A DNA stretch of 64,000 nucleotides from Candidatus Micrarchaeota archaeon (GTDB lineage Archaea; Micrarchaeota; Micrarchaeia; Anstonellales; Anstonellaceae). The notes below the pieces were generated by a model that worked only from the letters and a program-made list of their open reading frames with translations, was not told the origin of the DNA and made no database searches. Shown piece by piece: positions 16,355 through 24,280 of the stretch. Position 1 is the stretch's first letter; every line of letters starts with the position of its first letter. Made by a program: the position numbers and the translations under genes. The stretch is from contig JAOAJL010000003.1 of the NCBI GenBank assembly GCA_026414185.1, forward strand, positions 2,896 to 66,895, read 5' to 3'.

Positions 16355-19015
16355 ATGGAGCAAAAGTGGCATTCGCTTTCTTACAAGGCGCTTTTTTCGC
16401 ACCTTCGCACTTCCGAGCAGGGGCTTTCGGAGAAGGAAGCGCAAGCAAGGCTTGAGGCTTTCGGGAAAAACGAGCTTGCGCAGATAAAAAAGGACCCATG
16501 GTATTTCAAGCTGCTTTCCCAGTTTAGGTCCCTCCCAATACTTCTTCTCCTTGCCGCTGCCGCCATCTCCCTTGCCCTCGGGCTCACAGTGGACCACGAC
16601 AAGCTCATTGACGCCGCCGCAATCCTGGTTGCGGTGCTTATAGCGGTTCTGTTTTCCTTTTGGCAGGAATACAAGGCGGAGGCGGCGCTTGAGGCTCTAA
16701 AAAAGATGGTGGTGCTGCGCTCAATAGTCATCCGCAACGGCAAGGAGATGGAGATTGATTCTGCCAGCCTTGTCCCAGGCGACATCGTGGTTCTTTCCGA
16801 GGGCGGCAGAGTGCCTGCGGACATCAGGCTGATTGAGGCGGTCAACCTTGCGGCAGAGCAGTCAGCGCTCACAGGCGAGTCCCGCCCATCCTCAAAAGAG
16901 GTCTGCGTCTGCAAGGAAAAGACTCCTCTTCCCGAGCGCCGCAACATGCTTTTTGCCGGCACTTCGGTGGTTCGCGGGCACGGCAAGGGCGTGGTGGTTG
17001 CAACAGGGATGAAGACCGAGTTCGGCAAGATAGTCGGCTTTGTCGTGGAAGAGGAGGAAGGCGAAACCCGCCTCCAGCAGGACATCTCAGACCTTGCCAA
17101 AAAGCTTGGCTATGCAGGCATAGCCCTCGCCGCGCTGTTTTTTGCCATAGGCATCGCGCGCGGAGAAAGCGCCACCTCCATGTTCGTAGTTGCAGTCACC
17201 CTGGCAGTCGCAGTCATACCCGAGGGCTTGCCCACAGTGCTTGCCATAACCCTTGCCCTGGGAGTTCAGAAAATGGCAAAAAAGAACGCCATAGTGCGCA
17301 AGATGCCCGCTGTTGAGACGCTTGGCTCGGCAACCGTGATCTGCACCGACAAGACAGGCACCATAACCCAAAACAGGATGACGGTCCAGGAGCTCGTGTT
17401 CGCCGAAGCCTCGTATGCGATAGGGCAGGGCAGGCTTGACCCTGCCTTTCTTTCCAAGGACCCTGTGCTGCGAAAGGCGGTTGAGGTGATGGCGCTTTGC
17501 AACAACGCCATGCTTCTTTCTTCCGAGGAGGGTGAGACATTAAGCGGCGACCCTACTGAAACCGCCCTTCTTGCCGCAGTGGCATCCTGCGGGGCGGACG
17601 CCCGGAGAATACGCGAAAGCAGGCGGCAGGTCGGCGAGGTTCCCTTTGACTCAGAGCGCAAGATGATGAGCTCAATCCGCCTTGAAGGCAAAAGGAGGAT
17701 TGCCTATGTCAAGGGGGCTCCGGAAAGGGTGCTGTCGCGCTGCAACAGGGTGCTGCTGCGCAACGGGGAGAGGAGGCTGCCGCCTGATTTGCGGCGCAGG
17801 ATGCTTTCGGAGGCGCACGCGCTCGGCGAAGAAGGCATGCGGCTTCTTGCCCTCGCCTACAGGGAAGTCCCCGCCCTTTCAAAATACACCTCTGCAAACA
17901 CGGAGGCAAGGCTTGTCTTTGTTGGGCTCGTGGCGATGGAAGACCCGCCGCGCCCAGAGGTCGCCGAGGCAATCGCCACCTGCCGCTCGGCAGGCATAAG
18001 GGTGGTGATGATAACCGGCGATTCGCCTGCTACTGCAAAAGCGATAGCCGCAAAGGTCGGGCTTTTGGAGAGAGGCAAAAAAATCATGGATGGCGCCGAG
18101 CTTGAGGACATGCCGGATTCCGAGCTTGAAAAGGTGCTTGACCAAGTTTCTGTTTTTGCGCGGGTGACCCCTGAGCAGAAATACCGCATAGTCTCCGCTT
18201 TCGCCCGCAAGGGGGAGGTGGTGGCTGTGACCGGCGACGGCGTGAATGATGCCCCTGCCATGAAAAAAGCCGCAATCGGGGTGGCGATGGGGGTTGCAGG
18301 CACGGACGTGACCAAGGAAGTGGCTGACATAGTGCTCACGGATGACAATTTCTCCTCAATAGTCAAAGCCGTCAAATACGGGCGGACGATATTCAACAAC
18401 ATAAAGTCTTTCGTGCGCTACCAGATTTCCACAAACGTCGCAGCCTTAAGCCTGATGTTTTCTGCCCCTGCCATGGGGCTTCCGCTGCCCCTCCTACCGC
18501 TTCAGCTTCTCTGGATAAACATAATGATAGATGGACCGCCTGCCCTTGCGCTTGGGATGGAGCCATCCTGGCAGCTTGAGATGAAAAAGCCGCCGCGCAA
18601 CCCGAAAGCCTCATTTCTTTCGCGCAACATGGTCTTTTCCATCATCCTGCTTGGCTTGGTGATGGCGTCAATCGCGCTTGCGGTTTTCTCCTATTACCTT
18701 GCTTTTAATCCGCAGAAGGCTTTCACCGCCGTATTCACGCTCTTTGTCTTCCTGCAGCTCTTCAACGCCCTCAACTGCCGCTCGGCTTCAGAATCGGTTT
18801 TCACCCGTTTTGCCGCCAACATCCCGCTTTTTGCGGCAATAGCAGTATCCCTTGGTCTTCAGATGCTCATAATATACTACGAGCCCCTCCAGTCAATCTT
18901 CAAAACCGTGCCGCTTGGCGCAGAGGATTTGGCGGCAATAGCCGCGGCAGGCTTTCTCATAATCGTTTTTGAGGAGATGAAAAAGCGCTTCTTCAAGCAC
19001 ACCACCGCTTACTAA
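16355..19015 (+). CDS. P-type cation-transporting ATPase (P2, Ca2+/cation type)
   Basis: Motifs: TGES, ICTDKTGTITQNRM, MITGDSPATA, TGDGVNDAPAMKKAAIGVAMG. About 10 TM segments. Confidence 0.95.
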   Translation: MEQKWHSLSYKALFSHLRTSEQGLSEKEAQARLEAFGKNELAQIKKDPWYFKLLSQFRSLPILLLLAAAAISLALGLTVDHDKLIDAAAILVAVLIAVLFSFWQEYKAEAALEALKKMVVLRSIVIRNGKEMEIDSASLVPGDIVVLSEGGRVPADIRLIEAVNLAAEQSALTGESRPSSKEVCVCKEKTPLPERRNMLFAGTSVVRGHGKGVVVATGMKTEFGKIVGFVVEEEEGETRLQQDISDLAKKLGYAGIALAALFFAIGIARGESATSMFVVAVTLAVAVIPEGLPTVLAITLALGVQKMAKKNAIVRKMPAVETLGSATVICTDKTGTITQNRMTVQELVFAEASYAIGQGRLDPAFLSKDPVLRKAVEVMALCNNAMLLSSEEGETLSGDPTETALLAAVASCGADARRIRESRRQVGEVPFDSERKMMSSIRLEGKRRIAYVKGAPERVLSRCNRVLLRNGERRLPPDLRRRMLSEAHALGEEGMRLLALAYREVPALSKYTSANTEARLVFVGLVAMEDPPRPEVAEAIATCRSAGIRVVMITGDSPATAKAIAAKVGLLERGKKIMDGAELEDMPDSELEKVLDQVSVFARVTPEQKYRIVSAFARKGEVVAVTGDGVNDAPAMKKAAIGVAMGVAGTDVTKEVADIVLTDDNFSSIVKAVKYGRTIFNNIKSFVRYQISTNVAALSLMFSAPAMGLPLPLLPLQLLWINIMIDGPPALALGMEPSWQLEMKKPPRNPKASFLSRNMVFSIILLGLVMASIALAVFSYYLAFNPQKAFTAVFTLFVFLQLFNALNCRSASESVFTRFAANIPLFAAIAVSLGLQMLIIYYEPLQSIFKTVPLGAEDLAAIAAAGFLIIVFEEMKKRFFKHTTAY

Positions 19016-19031
19016 AGGTCGGGGTCTTCCT

Positions 19032-19775
19032 ATGGACGCAAAAGAGGCGGAAAGGCGCATCGTTTCGTTCATCCGCTCCTACTTCAAGAAAGCAGGGAAA
19101 AGAAAGGCAGTAGTTGGGGTTTCAGGAGGGCTTGACTCCGCAGTCACAGCCGCGCTTTGCGCTAAGGCAGTGGGGAAGGGGAACGTGGTTGGCGCGCTGC
19201 TCCCTTCTGCCGACACGCCCAAAAGGGACTTGGCTGACGCGCAGCAAGTCGTCTCGCTTTTTTGCGGAAGGCGCATATTTTTCGGCATTGAGCCGGCTTT
19301 AAGGGCTCTTAAAGGCAGGCTGAAAAGCAGATTAAGCAGGGCGAATGCCGCAGCCAGAATCAGGATGGCAATCCTATATTCTATTGCGCACGAAGAGCGC
19401 GGGCTTGTGGTCGGCACAGGGGACAAATCCGAGATTTTGCTTGGCTACTTCACAAAATACGGCGACGGGGGCGCAGACCTCTTCCCGATAGGGGGAATCT
19501 ACAAAACGCAGCTAAGAGAGCTTGCGCAGCATCTTGGCATACCCAAGCAGATAATCGCAAAGCCGCCTTCCCCCGCCTTGTGGAAAGGGCAGACGGCGGA
19601 GGGGGAAATGGGATTCTCCTACGAGGTAGCCGACGCCATACTTGAAGGGGTTGAGAAGAAGAAAAGCCGCAGCTGGCTTGAGAAAAAATTCGGCAGGAAA
19701 ACCGTCCTGGCGGTCCTCAAAAGAATCCGGCAAAACGCGCACAAGAGGCTTGCGCCCCCCATATGCGAAGTTTAG
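19032..19775 (+). CDS. nadE: NAD+ synthetase
   Basis: PP-loop VVGVSGGLDSAV, and GTGDKSEILLGYFTKYGDG. Confidence 0.9.
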   Translation: MDAKEAERRIVSFIRSYFKKAGKRKAVVGVSGGLDSAVTAALCAKAVGKGNVVGALLPSADTPKRDLADAQQVVSLFCGRRIFFGIEPALRALKGRLKSRLSRANAAARIRMAILYSIAHEERGLVVGTGDKSEILLGYFTKYGDGGADLFPIGGIYKTQLRELAQHLGIPKQIIAKPPSPALWKGQTAEGEMGFSYEVADAILEGVEKKKSRSWLEKKFGRKTVLAVLKRIRQNAHKRLAPPICEV

Positions 19776-20275
19776 CCCTTCCTCTCCATCTTTGCAAGCA
19801 GGGCGCTTGCCTTCCGGCTGGTTTTCTTCCCGAGGGGGACAATTACCGCCCCCTCGTCCGGCTGGCCATAGACAAGCGTGCCGCCTGCCGCGCGAGCCAT
19901 GAACAAAAGGGCTGACAAGTCATCCTCCCCCACCACAAAAATCGCCCCCTTGCCTTCCGCAAGCACCTTCGCAACCGCCTCCTCCAGCTCCTCCGTTATT
20001 GCGCCAGGCGGAGAGAGCACCACATACGCATTCTTCGCATGGGGCGCAAGCGCCTTTTTCATCTCCCCGCTTATCTCAACCCGCTTTATCTTGAAGTCAA
20101 AAACAATCACGTCAGGCTCAACCCCGCCGGTTATCAGGTCATAGGAGCACTGGTCCCCTACTGTTATAAGCGGGCGGCTTGCCTTCCTGCACTCTTCAAT
20201 AAGCAGCCTACCTGTAAATATCCTGCCAAAGGGCTTGCGCACCTTTTCTCGGAGGTTTTGGGGCAAGACAAGCAT
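19772..20275 (-). CDS. DUF359/COG1909 protein, GTP-dependent dephospho-CoA kinase type
   Basis: About 167 aa. The pattern LR..V.KPFG......LITVGD.CSYDLI..GV.PDV.VFDFK.KR is typical of the archaeal DPCK family. The family assignment is from memory of its pattern. Confidence 0.65.
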   Translation of the reverse strand: MLVLPQNLREKVRKPFGRIFTGRLLIEECRKASRPLITVGDQCSYDLITGGVEPDVIVFDFKIKRVEISGEMKKALAPHAKNAYVVLSPPGAITEELEEAVAKVLAEGKGAIFVVGEDDLSALLFMARAAGGTLVYGQPDEGAVIVPLGKKTSRKASALLAKMERKG

Positions 20276-20284
20276 GCTTCTCCC

Positions 20285-20956
20285 TCATCGGATTATCCGC
20301 GCGGTGCCGTCAGGATGCCCGACCACCACTATCGGCTTTTTTTTGCTGAATATGCCGTTGTCCACAACCCCGGCTATGCCGTTGAGCCTGTCCTCAAGCC
20401 TTCTTGGGTTTGCTATCTGTCCAAACTCCGCATGGAGGATGAGGTTGGAGTTGTCCGAGACGAACTTGCGCCTGCCGTCCATCCTCGTTTCAAATCCCCG
20501 CGCCCCCAGCCTCACCAAATCCTGCTTTACCGCATCCTCAGCCATCGGTATCACTTCAACAGGGACAACCCCGTAAAGCCTCCTGACAAGCTTGTTTTGC
20601 CCAACCATGACAACGAATCTGTCGGCGCGGTAGTCCACTATCTTCTCCCGCACGAGTGCGCCGCCAAGCCCCTTGAGCAGATTTAGGTCCGAGTCAACCT
20701 GGTCAGCGCCGTCAAAGGCAATATCCAGCCTGCTGATGCGGGAAAAATCCGAAAGCCGCAGGCCAAGCCGCTTTGCCTTGTATGCCGAGGCGTTTGATGT
20801 CGCTATGCAGGTGAGGTTGAGCCGCTGGCGCCTGTTTTTTTGCCCAAGCAGCTCAATGAATATCTCGGATGTGCTTCCTGTGCCCAGCCCCACATTCATG
20901 CCGGGCTTTACAAACTCAAGGGCTTTTTTCGCAGCCGCAAGCTTTGATGCGTCCAT
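20285..20956 (-). CDS. rpiA: ribose-5-phosphate isomerase A
   Basis: Motifs: VGLGTGSTS, FDGADQVD, KGLGGALVREKIV. Confidence 0.9.
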   Translation of the reverse strand: MDASKLAAAKKALEFVKPGMNVGLGTGSTSEIFIELLGQKNRRQRLNLTCIATSNASAYKAKRLGLRLSDFSRISRLDIAFDGADQVDSDLNLLKGLGGALVREKIVDYRADRFVVMVGQNKLVRRLYGVVPVEVIPMAEDAVKQDLVRLGARGFETRMDGRRKFVSDNSNLILHAEFGQIANPRRLEDRLNGIAGVVDNGIFSKKKPIVVVGHPDGTARIIR

Positions 20957-20985
20957 GCCTTTCTCTCCAAGCGCAACGTTAAAAT

Positions 20986-21531
20986 TCAGATGGTTTTCAG
21001 CAGGTCCGCCTTGGTTATTATCCCGGCAAGCCTGCCCTTTTCCATCACAAGAACAGCCGGATGATAGCGAAGGAGGGAAACCACTGCGGGCAGCGGGGTT
21101 GAGGGGCTGGCGGCTGGCAAGCAGTCTCCCATGACCTCCGAAACGCGCAGGGAGGACATCTTCCTTGGGTTGGAGGAATAAAGCCCGACAATCTGCTCCT
21201 CGCAGATAGAGCCGACAAGCTTGCCGTTCTGCTCAACGGGCAACTGGGATATGCCCAACCTTCTCATCTTCGCCGCCGCCGAGTGCAGTGTTTCTGAGGC
21301 GGAGGCAGTCTCCACCCCGCGGTGCATTATTTCACCCGCCTTCTTCTCATTTCTCATCTGCGCCTTTTCAAGCGCCCCTATTATCGCCATGACCTTTGAA
21401 TAGGATGCATCCACCCTCCCACTTTCAATTTTCGCAATTAGGGACTGGCTGGTTCCTGACATCCGGGCAAGCTGCTGCTGGGTAATCCCAAGGCGCCTCC
21501 TGAGTTTTCTTATCTGCCCAAGGTCTTCCAT
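20986..21531 (-). CDS. XRE-type HTH regulator fused to a CBS domain pair
   Basis: N-terminal IRKLRRRLGITQQQLARMSGTSQSLIAKIESG, followed by two CBS repeats (..LGISQLPVEQNGKLVGSI.. / ..PAVLVMEKGRLAGIITKADLL). Confidence 0.8.
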   Translation of the reverse strand: MEDLGQIRKLRRRLGITQQQLARMSGTSQSLIAKIESGRVDASYSKVMAIIGALEKAQMRNEKKAGEIMHRGVETASASETLHSAAAKMRRLGISQLPVEQNGKLVGSICEEQIVGLYSSNPRKMSSLRVSEVMGDCLPAASPSTPLPAVVSLLRYHPAVLVMEKGRLAGIITKADLLKTI

Positions 21532-21562
21532 AAGCAGGATTTTGGAAGCTCAAATTATATTC

Positions 21563-21862
21563 TTAATGGAATATTCCCTCCTCCTTGCATTTCTGCGCGA
21601 AGCCCTGCGGAAAGCCCTTCACCCCTGCCTTTTCCAAGTCTTCTGCAAGATAGCGCCGGTAGTGCGGGTTTTGCTCCTTCCGCAAAACCTCCCGCGCGCC
21701 CAGCCGTATTAGCCACTCCGCCACCCTCTCATCAACCCGGGTTCTTCCCACGTAAAAGCTGCCCATCCTCCCAAGCTTCACCTCTATTGCCTGGCGGACA
21801 AGGACCTTGCCATCCTGTTGCTCAGAAAGAAGCCTTTGAGCTTTTTTTCTTGCCCCAAGCAT
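21563..21862 (-). CDS. hypothetical protein (99 aa)
   Basis: Clean ATG ORF with typical composition. I recognise no motif. Confidence 0.4.
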   Translation of the reverse strand: MLGARKKAQRLLSEQQDGKVLVRQAIEVKLGRMGSFYVGRTRVDERVAEWLIRLGAREVLRKEQNPHYRRYLAEDLEKAGVKGFPQGFAQKCKEEGIFH

Positions 21863-21943
21863 AGCCCCACCCGCTTTTTTTTGGCTTGCTTCATTTTTTA
21901 TCCATTGCGCATAAAGCAGGCAACGCTTTCAAAAAAAAGAAAG

Positions 21944-22159
21944 TGCCAAGGGCGAGATTTGCCCCCCATCCCTTCTGTTTTTTGGGTTTGAACTCGCGGC
22001 TTCCAGATTTCTCTGGCTTTTGAAGCGGCAATCCGCTTCCGAATGCCTCGCATATCATAGTTCCGCAGCGGCGGAACTCATCACTCACATCCTTCGCCTC
22101 GGCAATGCCTTGTGGCGACATATGAGTCTGGCACTCTAACCAGGCTGAGTTACCTTGGC
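21944..22159 (-). tRNA. tRNA-Met/Ile2 (anticodon CAU) with two introns (112 nt after position 37; 29 nt in the T-loop near 59/60)
   Basis: Hand fold: GCCAAGG UA ACUC AGCCUGGUUA GAGU G CCAGA CUCAUA [22120..22009] A UCUGG AAGCC GCGAG UUCAAA [21986..21958] U CUCGC CCUUGGC A. A CUUUCUUUUUUUU run follows. All stems are Watson-Crick after in-silico splicing. It is not initiator-like. Confidence 0.8.
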
Positions 22160-22211
22160 ACGATTTCATGTTATAAAAGAAAGGTTTTTATTGTGCTGTC
22201 AGTCTATTTTC
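22160..22211. promoter_or_regulatory. AT-rich divergent promoter region between tRNA-Met and RNase P RNA
   Basis: Sequence GTTATAAAAGAAAGGTTTTTATTG. TATA-like elements are readable on both strands about 25-35 nt from the two RNA 5' ends. Confidence 0.5.
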
Positions 22212-22534
22212 AGCGGAGCGGCGGGAGGACGGCTCACCGCGCCTGACATAGGCGGGGAGGAAGTTCTGCCCACCGGAATGAATGCCTGAGCCGCTTAAGG
22301 CGGCATCGGGAACAGAAACGACAACTCCTTTGCGCAGATGAATATGACGAAAGGAGATGCGCACTGAGAAGCTGAAACGGCCCGTGCGCAGGCAGTTGAA
22401 GGTGCAAGGCCTTACGGCCGCTTTGCCCACTCCGCAAGGACGGGCAGCCGGGGCAACCCCGGTTTAGTCCAATGCCGTCTAAGGGCGCGCAAGCGCCCCC
22501 AAACAGAAGGCAGACTACCACCCGCCGCTCCGAT
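22212..22534 (+). ncRNA. rnpB: RNase P RNA (archaeal type A-like)
   Basis: P1 is a perfect 12-bp helix: CGGAGCGGCGGG (22214..22225) with CCCGCCGCUCCG (22521..22532). CR-I-like GGGGAGGAAGUUCUGCCC pairs with CR-V-like ACAGAAGGCAGACUA to give P4 with the conserved bulged U. An AGAUGAAU element and an ACAGAAAC element are also present. Length is about 320 nt. Confidence 0.8.
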
Positions 22535-22552
22535 ACGAATCGCCGTGGTCAG

Positions 22553-23560
22553 ATGGATTTTTCAAAAGCCAAGCTGGAAGCCGAGACAGACAGGCTGCAG
22601 CTGAAGCTTTCCGCCCTGGGCTGGAGCAGGGAAGCGTGCCTCATGATAGCCCCGCTTACCCTCCAAATAAACCTTCTCAAGAAAGAAAAGAACGCAATCA
22701 TCCTTGCCCACTCCTACCAAACGCCGGACATAATATACGGGGTTGCCGACTTCACAGGCGACTCCTACGCGCTTTCCTTGCAGGCGTCAAAGACATCCGC
22801 AGACACAATAATCTTTGCAGGGGTAAGGTTCATGGCTCAGACCGCCAAGATTCTCAACCCGCACAAAAGGGTGTTCCTGCCCTCTCTTGACGCCGGCTGC
22901 TCGCTTGCAGACGGAATAACTGCAGATGACGTGCGGATGCTCAAAAGAAAGCACCCCGGCGTTCCGACTGTCTGCTACATAAACACAAGCGCAGAGGTGA
23001 AGGCGGAATGCGACGTTTGCTGCACAAGCGCCAACGCGGAAAGGATAATACGAGCCCTGCCTGAAAGGGAAATCATATTCGTTCCTGACGCCTTCATGGC
23101 TAAGAATCTGGAGGCTAAGACGGGCAAAAGGCTCATCTCGTGGAACGCCACCTGCATCGTCCACAGCGGATTTGACAGGAGGAAAATCCAGCAGCTGCGC
23201 CGCTTCTTTCCGAGCCTGGCTGTGCTTGCGCACTCCGAATGCCCGCCGGAAGTTGCGCAGGAGGCGGATATGGTGGGGGGAACCGCCGATATGGAAAAAT
23301 ACGTCTCCTCCTCCAACTCAGAATCCTTCCTTCTTCTTACTGAATGCGGGCTTTCAGACAGGCTGAGAGCAGAATTTCCCTCCAAGCGCTTTGTCGGCTC
23401 CTGCTCCCTCTGCCCATATATGAAGAGGAATTCCCTCCCGCTGATTCTGCGCCTGCTGGAAGACGAACCTGCGAAGAATGAAATCTCAATTGATGCCGAT
23501 GTGGCACGCCGCGCTCGGCTTTGCCTTGAGCGGATGTTTGAGCTTTCGCAGGACGGCTAA
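22553..23560 (+). CDS. nadA: quinolinate synthase
   Basis: Start moved to ATG 22553 (MDFSKAKLEAE), because the track N-terminus overlaps the RNase P RNA. Motifs: ILAHSYQTPDI, ADFTGDSYALS, CYINTSAEVKAECDVCCTSANA, HSECPPEV. Confidence 0.9.
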   Translation: MDFSKAKLEAETDRLQLKLSALGWSREACLMIAPLTLQINLLKKEKNAIILAHSYQTPDIIYGVADFTGDSYALSLQASKTSADTIIFAGVRFMAQTAKILNPHKRVFLPSLDAGCSLADGITADDVRMLKRKHPGVPTVCYINTSAEVKAECDVCCTSANAERIIRALPEREIIFVPDAFMAKNLEAKTGKRLISWNATCIVHSGFDRRKIQQLRRFFPSLAVLAHSECPPEVAQEADMVGGTADMEKYVSSSNSESFLLLTECGLSDRLRAEFPSKRFVGSCSLCPYMKRNSLPLILRLLEDEPAKNEISIDADVARRARLCLERMFELSQDG

Positions 23561-23805
23561 TCCGCCCCCTTGTTGAGCTTGGAAAGCAGCACAAACACCA
23601 TCAATGCCGCCACAAGCCCTGCAAGATAGGGGACGAACCACTCATCTATCCCTTCCCTTGCCTCCGCCCAAACATAGGCAATCCCATAGCCTGCGGCAAG
23701 CGAAACTGCTATCTTCGCAAACGCTATAAGGGCGCGCGTCTTATCCGATGCCATGAGGACAGATTCTGCTCCAAGAATTAAAAATACATAAGAAGGAAGG
23801 CGCAT
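23557..23805 (-). CDS. small hypothetical membrane protein (2 predicted TM helices)
   Basis: Hydrophobic segments ALIAFAKIAVSLAAGYGIAYVW and YLAGLVAALMVFVLL. The start is uncertain. Confidence 0.4.
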   Translation of the reverse strand: MRLPSYVFLILGAESVLMASDKTRALIAFAKIAVSLAAGYGIAYVWAEAREGIDEWFVPYLAGLVAALMVFVLLSKLNKGAD

Positions 23806-23874
23806 GAGGCGTCTGGTTTAAAACGTTTCGCCGCTGTTAATCTCCGCCCGTATTTTTTTGGGCGGGGTTTTTGT

Positions 23875-24099
23875 ATGGCAGAAAAAAGGCCCTTTGACAT
23901 ACTCAACGGAGCGCTGAACAACACAGTGGTCGTTGGGCTCAAAGGTGGCAGGGAACTTCGCGGCACGATGGTTTCCTATGACGTGCACATGAACATCGTG
24001 CTTGAGAAGGCAGAGCATCTTGAAAACGGCGAAGTGAAGCGCGGGCTTGGCACCGTGCTTGTGCGAGGAGACTCCGTCGTTTATATCTCCCCGTCCTGA
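23875..24099 (+). CDS. Sm-like archaeal protein (SmAP/LSm)
   Basis: Sm1 motif: VVVGLKGGRELRGTMVSYDVHMNIVL. Sm2 motif: VLVRGDSVVYI. 74 aa. Confidence 0.9.
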   Translation: MAEKRPFDILNGALNNTVVVGLKGGRELRGTMVSYDVHMNIVLEKAEHLENGEVKRGLGTVLVRGDSVVYISPS

Positions 24100-24112
24100 A
24101 GCGTGGCTGGTT

Positions 24113-24237
24113 GGGCTTGTGGCGCAACGGTAGCGCGCCTGCATGGCACAACCCCTCACGGAAAAAGAGGGGTTACGGAATGCAGGAGGCTGGGGGTTCG
24201 AAAGAAACACGCGTTTCCGGCAATCCCCCCGAGTCCA
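24113..24237 (+). tRNA. tRNA-Ala (anticodon GGC) with two introns (32 nt after position 37; 21 nt in the T-loop near 59/60)
   Basis: Hand fold: GGGCUUG UG GCGC AACGGUA GCGC G CCUGC AUGGCA [24149..24180] U GCAGG AGGCU GGGGG UUCGAA [24203..24223] U CCCCC CGAGUCC A. A U-run follows. The G3:U70 Ala identity pair is present. Confidence 0.8.
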
Positions 24238-24280
24238 TTTTTTCCAAATCACGCCGTTATTTTAAATTTTCTCATCGTTT

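Noticed and set aside
16381-17100. Long antisense ORFs inside GC-rich genes (e.g. 16381..17100, 34383..35084, 36949..38028, 17857..18402, 3734..4225, 42503..42949)
   Set aside because: Each lies opposite a gene with strong family motifs. The peptides are Ser/Arg/Pro/Ala-rich, as expected for stop-poor antisense frames in GC-rich DNA.
22009-22120. Calling the tRNA-Met intron a bona fide box C/D sRNA
   Set aside because: GUGAUGA is present, but there is no CUGA box D, no C'/D' pair, and no identifiable 10-12-nt guide. Only a k-turn-like possibility is retained.
21891-22169. 92-aa ORF on the minus strand
   Set aside because: It is fully accounted for by the two-intron tRNA-Met. The apparent Cys-rich peptide is a translation of tRNA and intron sequence.
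22188-22552. ORFs 22188..22430(-) and 22234..22521(-), and the N-terminal 27 codons of the nadA track ORF (22472..)
   Set aside because: They overlap the RNase P RNA fold (P1 and P4 helices). The peptides are Arg/Pro/Ser-rich with no motifs. nadA has a good ATG at 22553.
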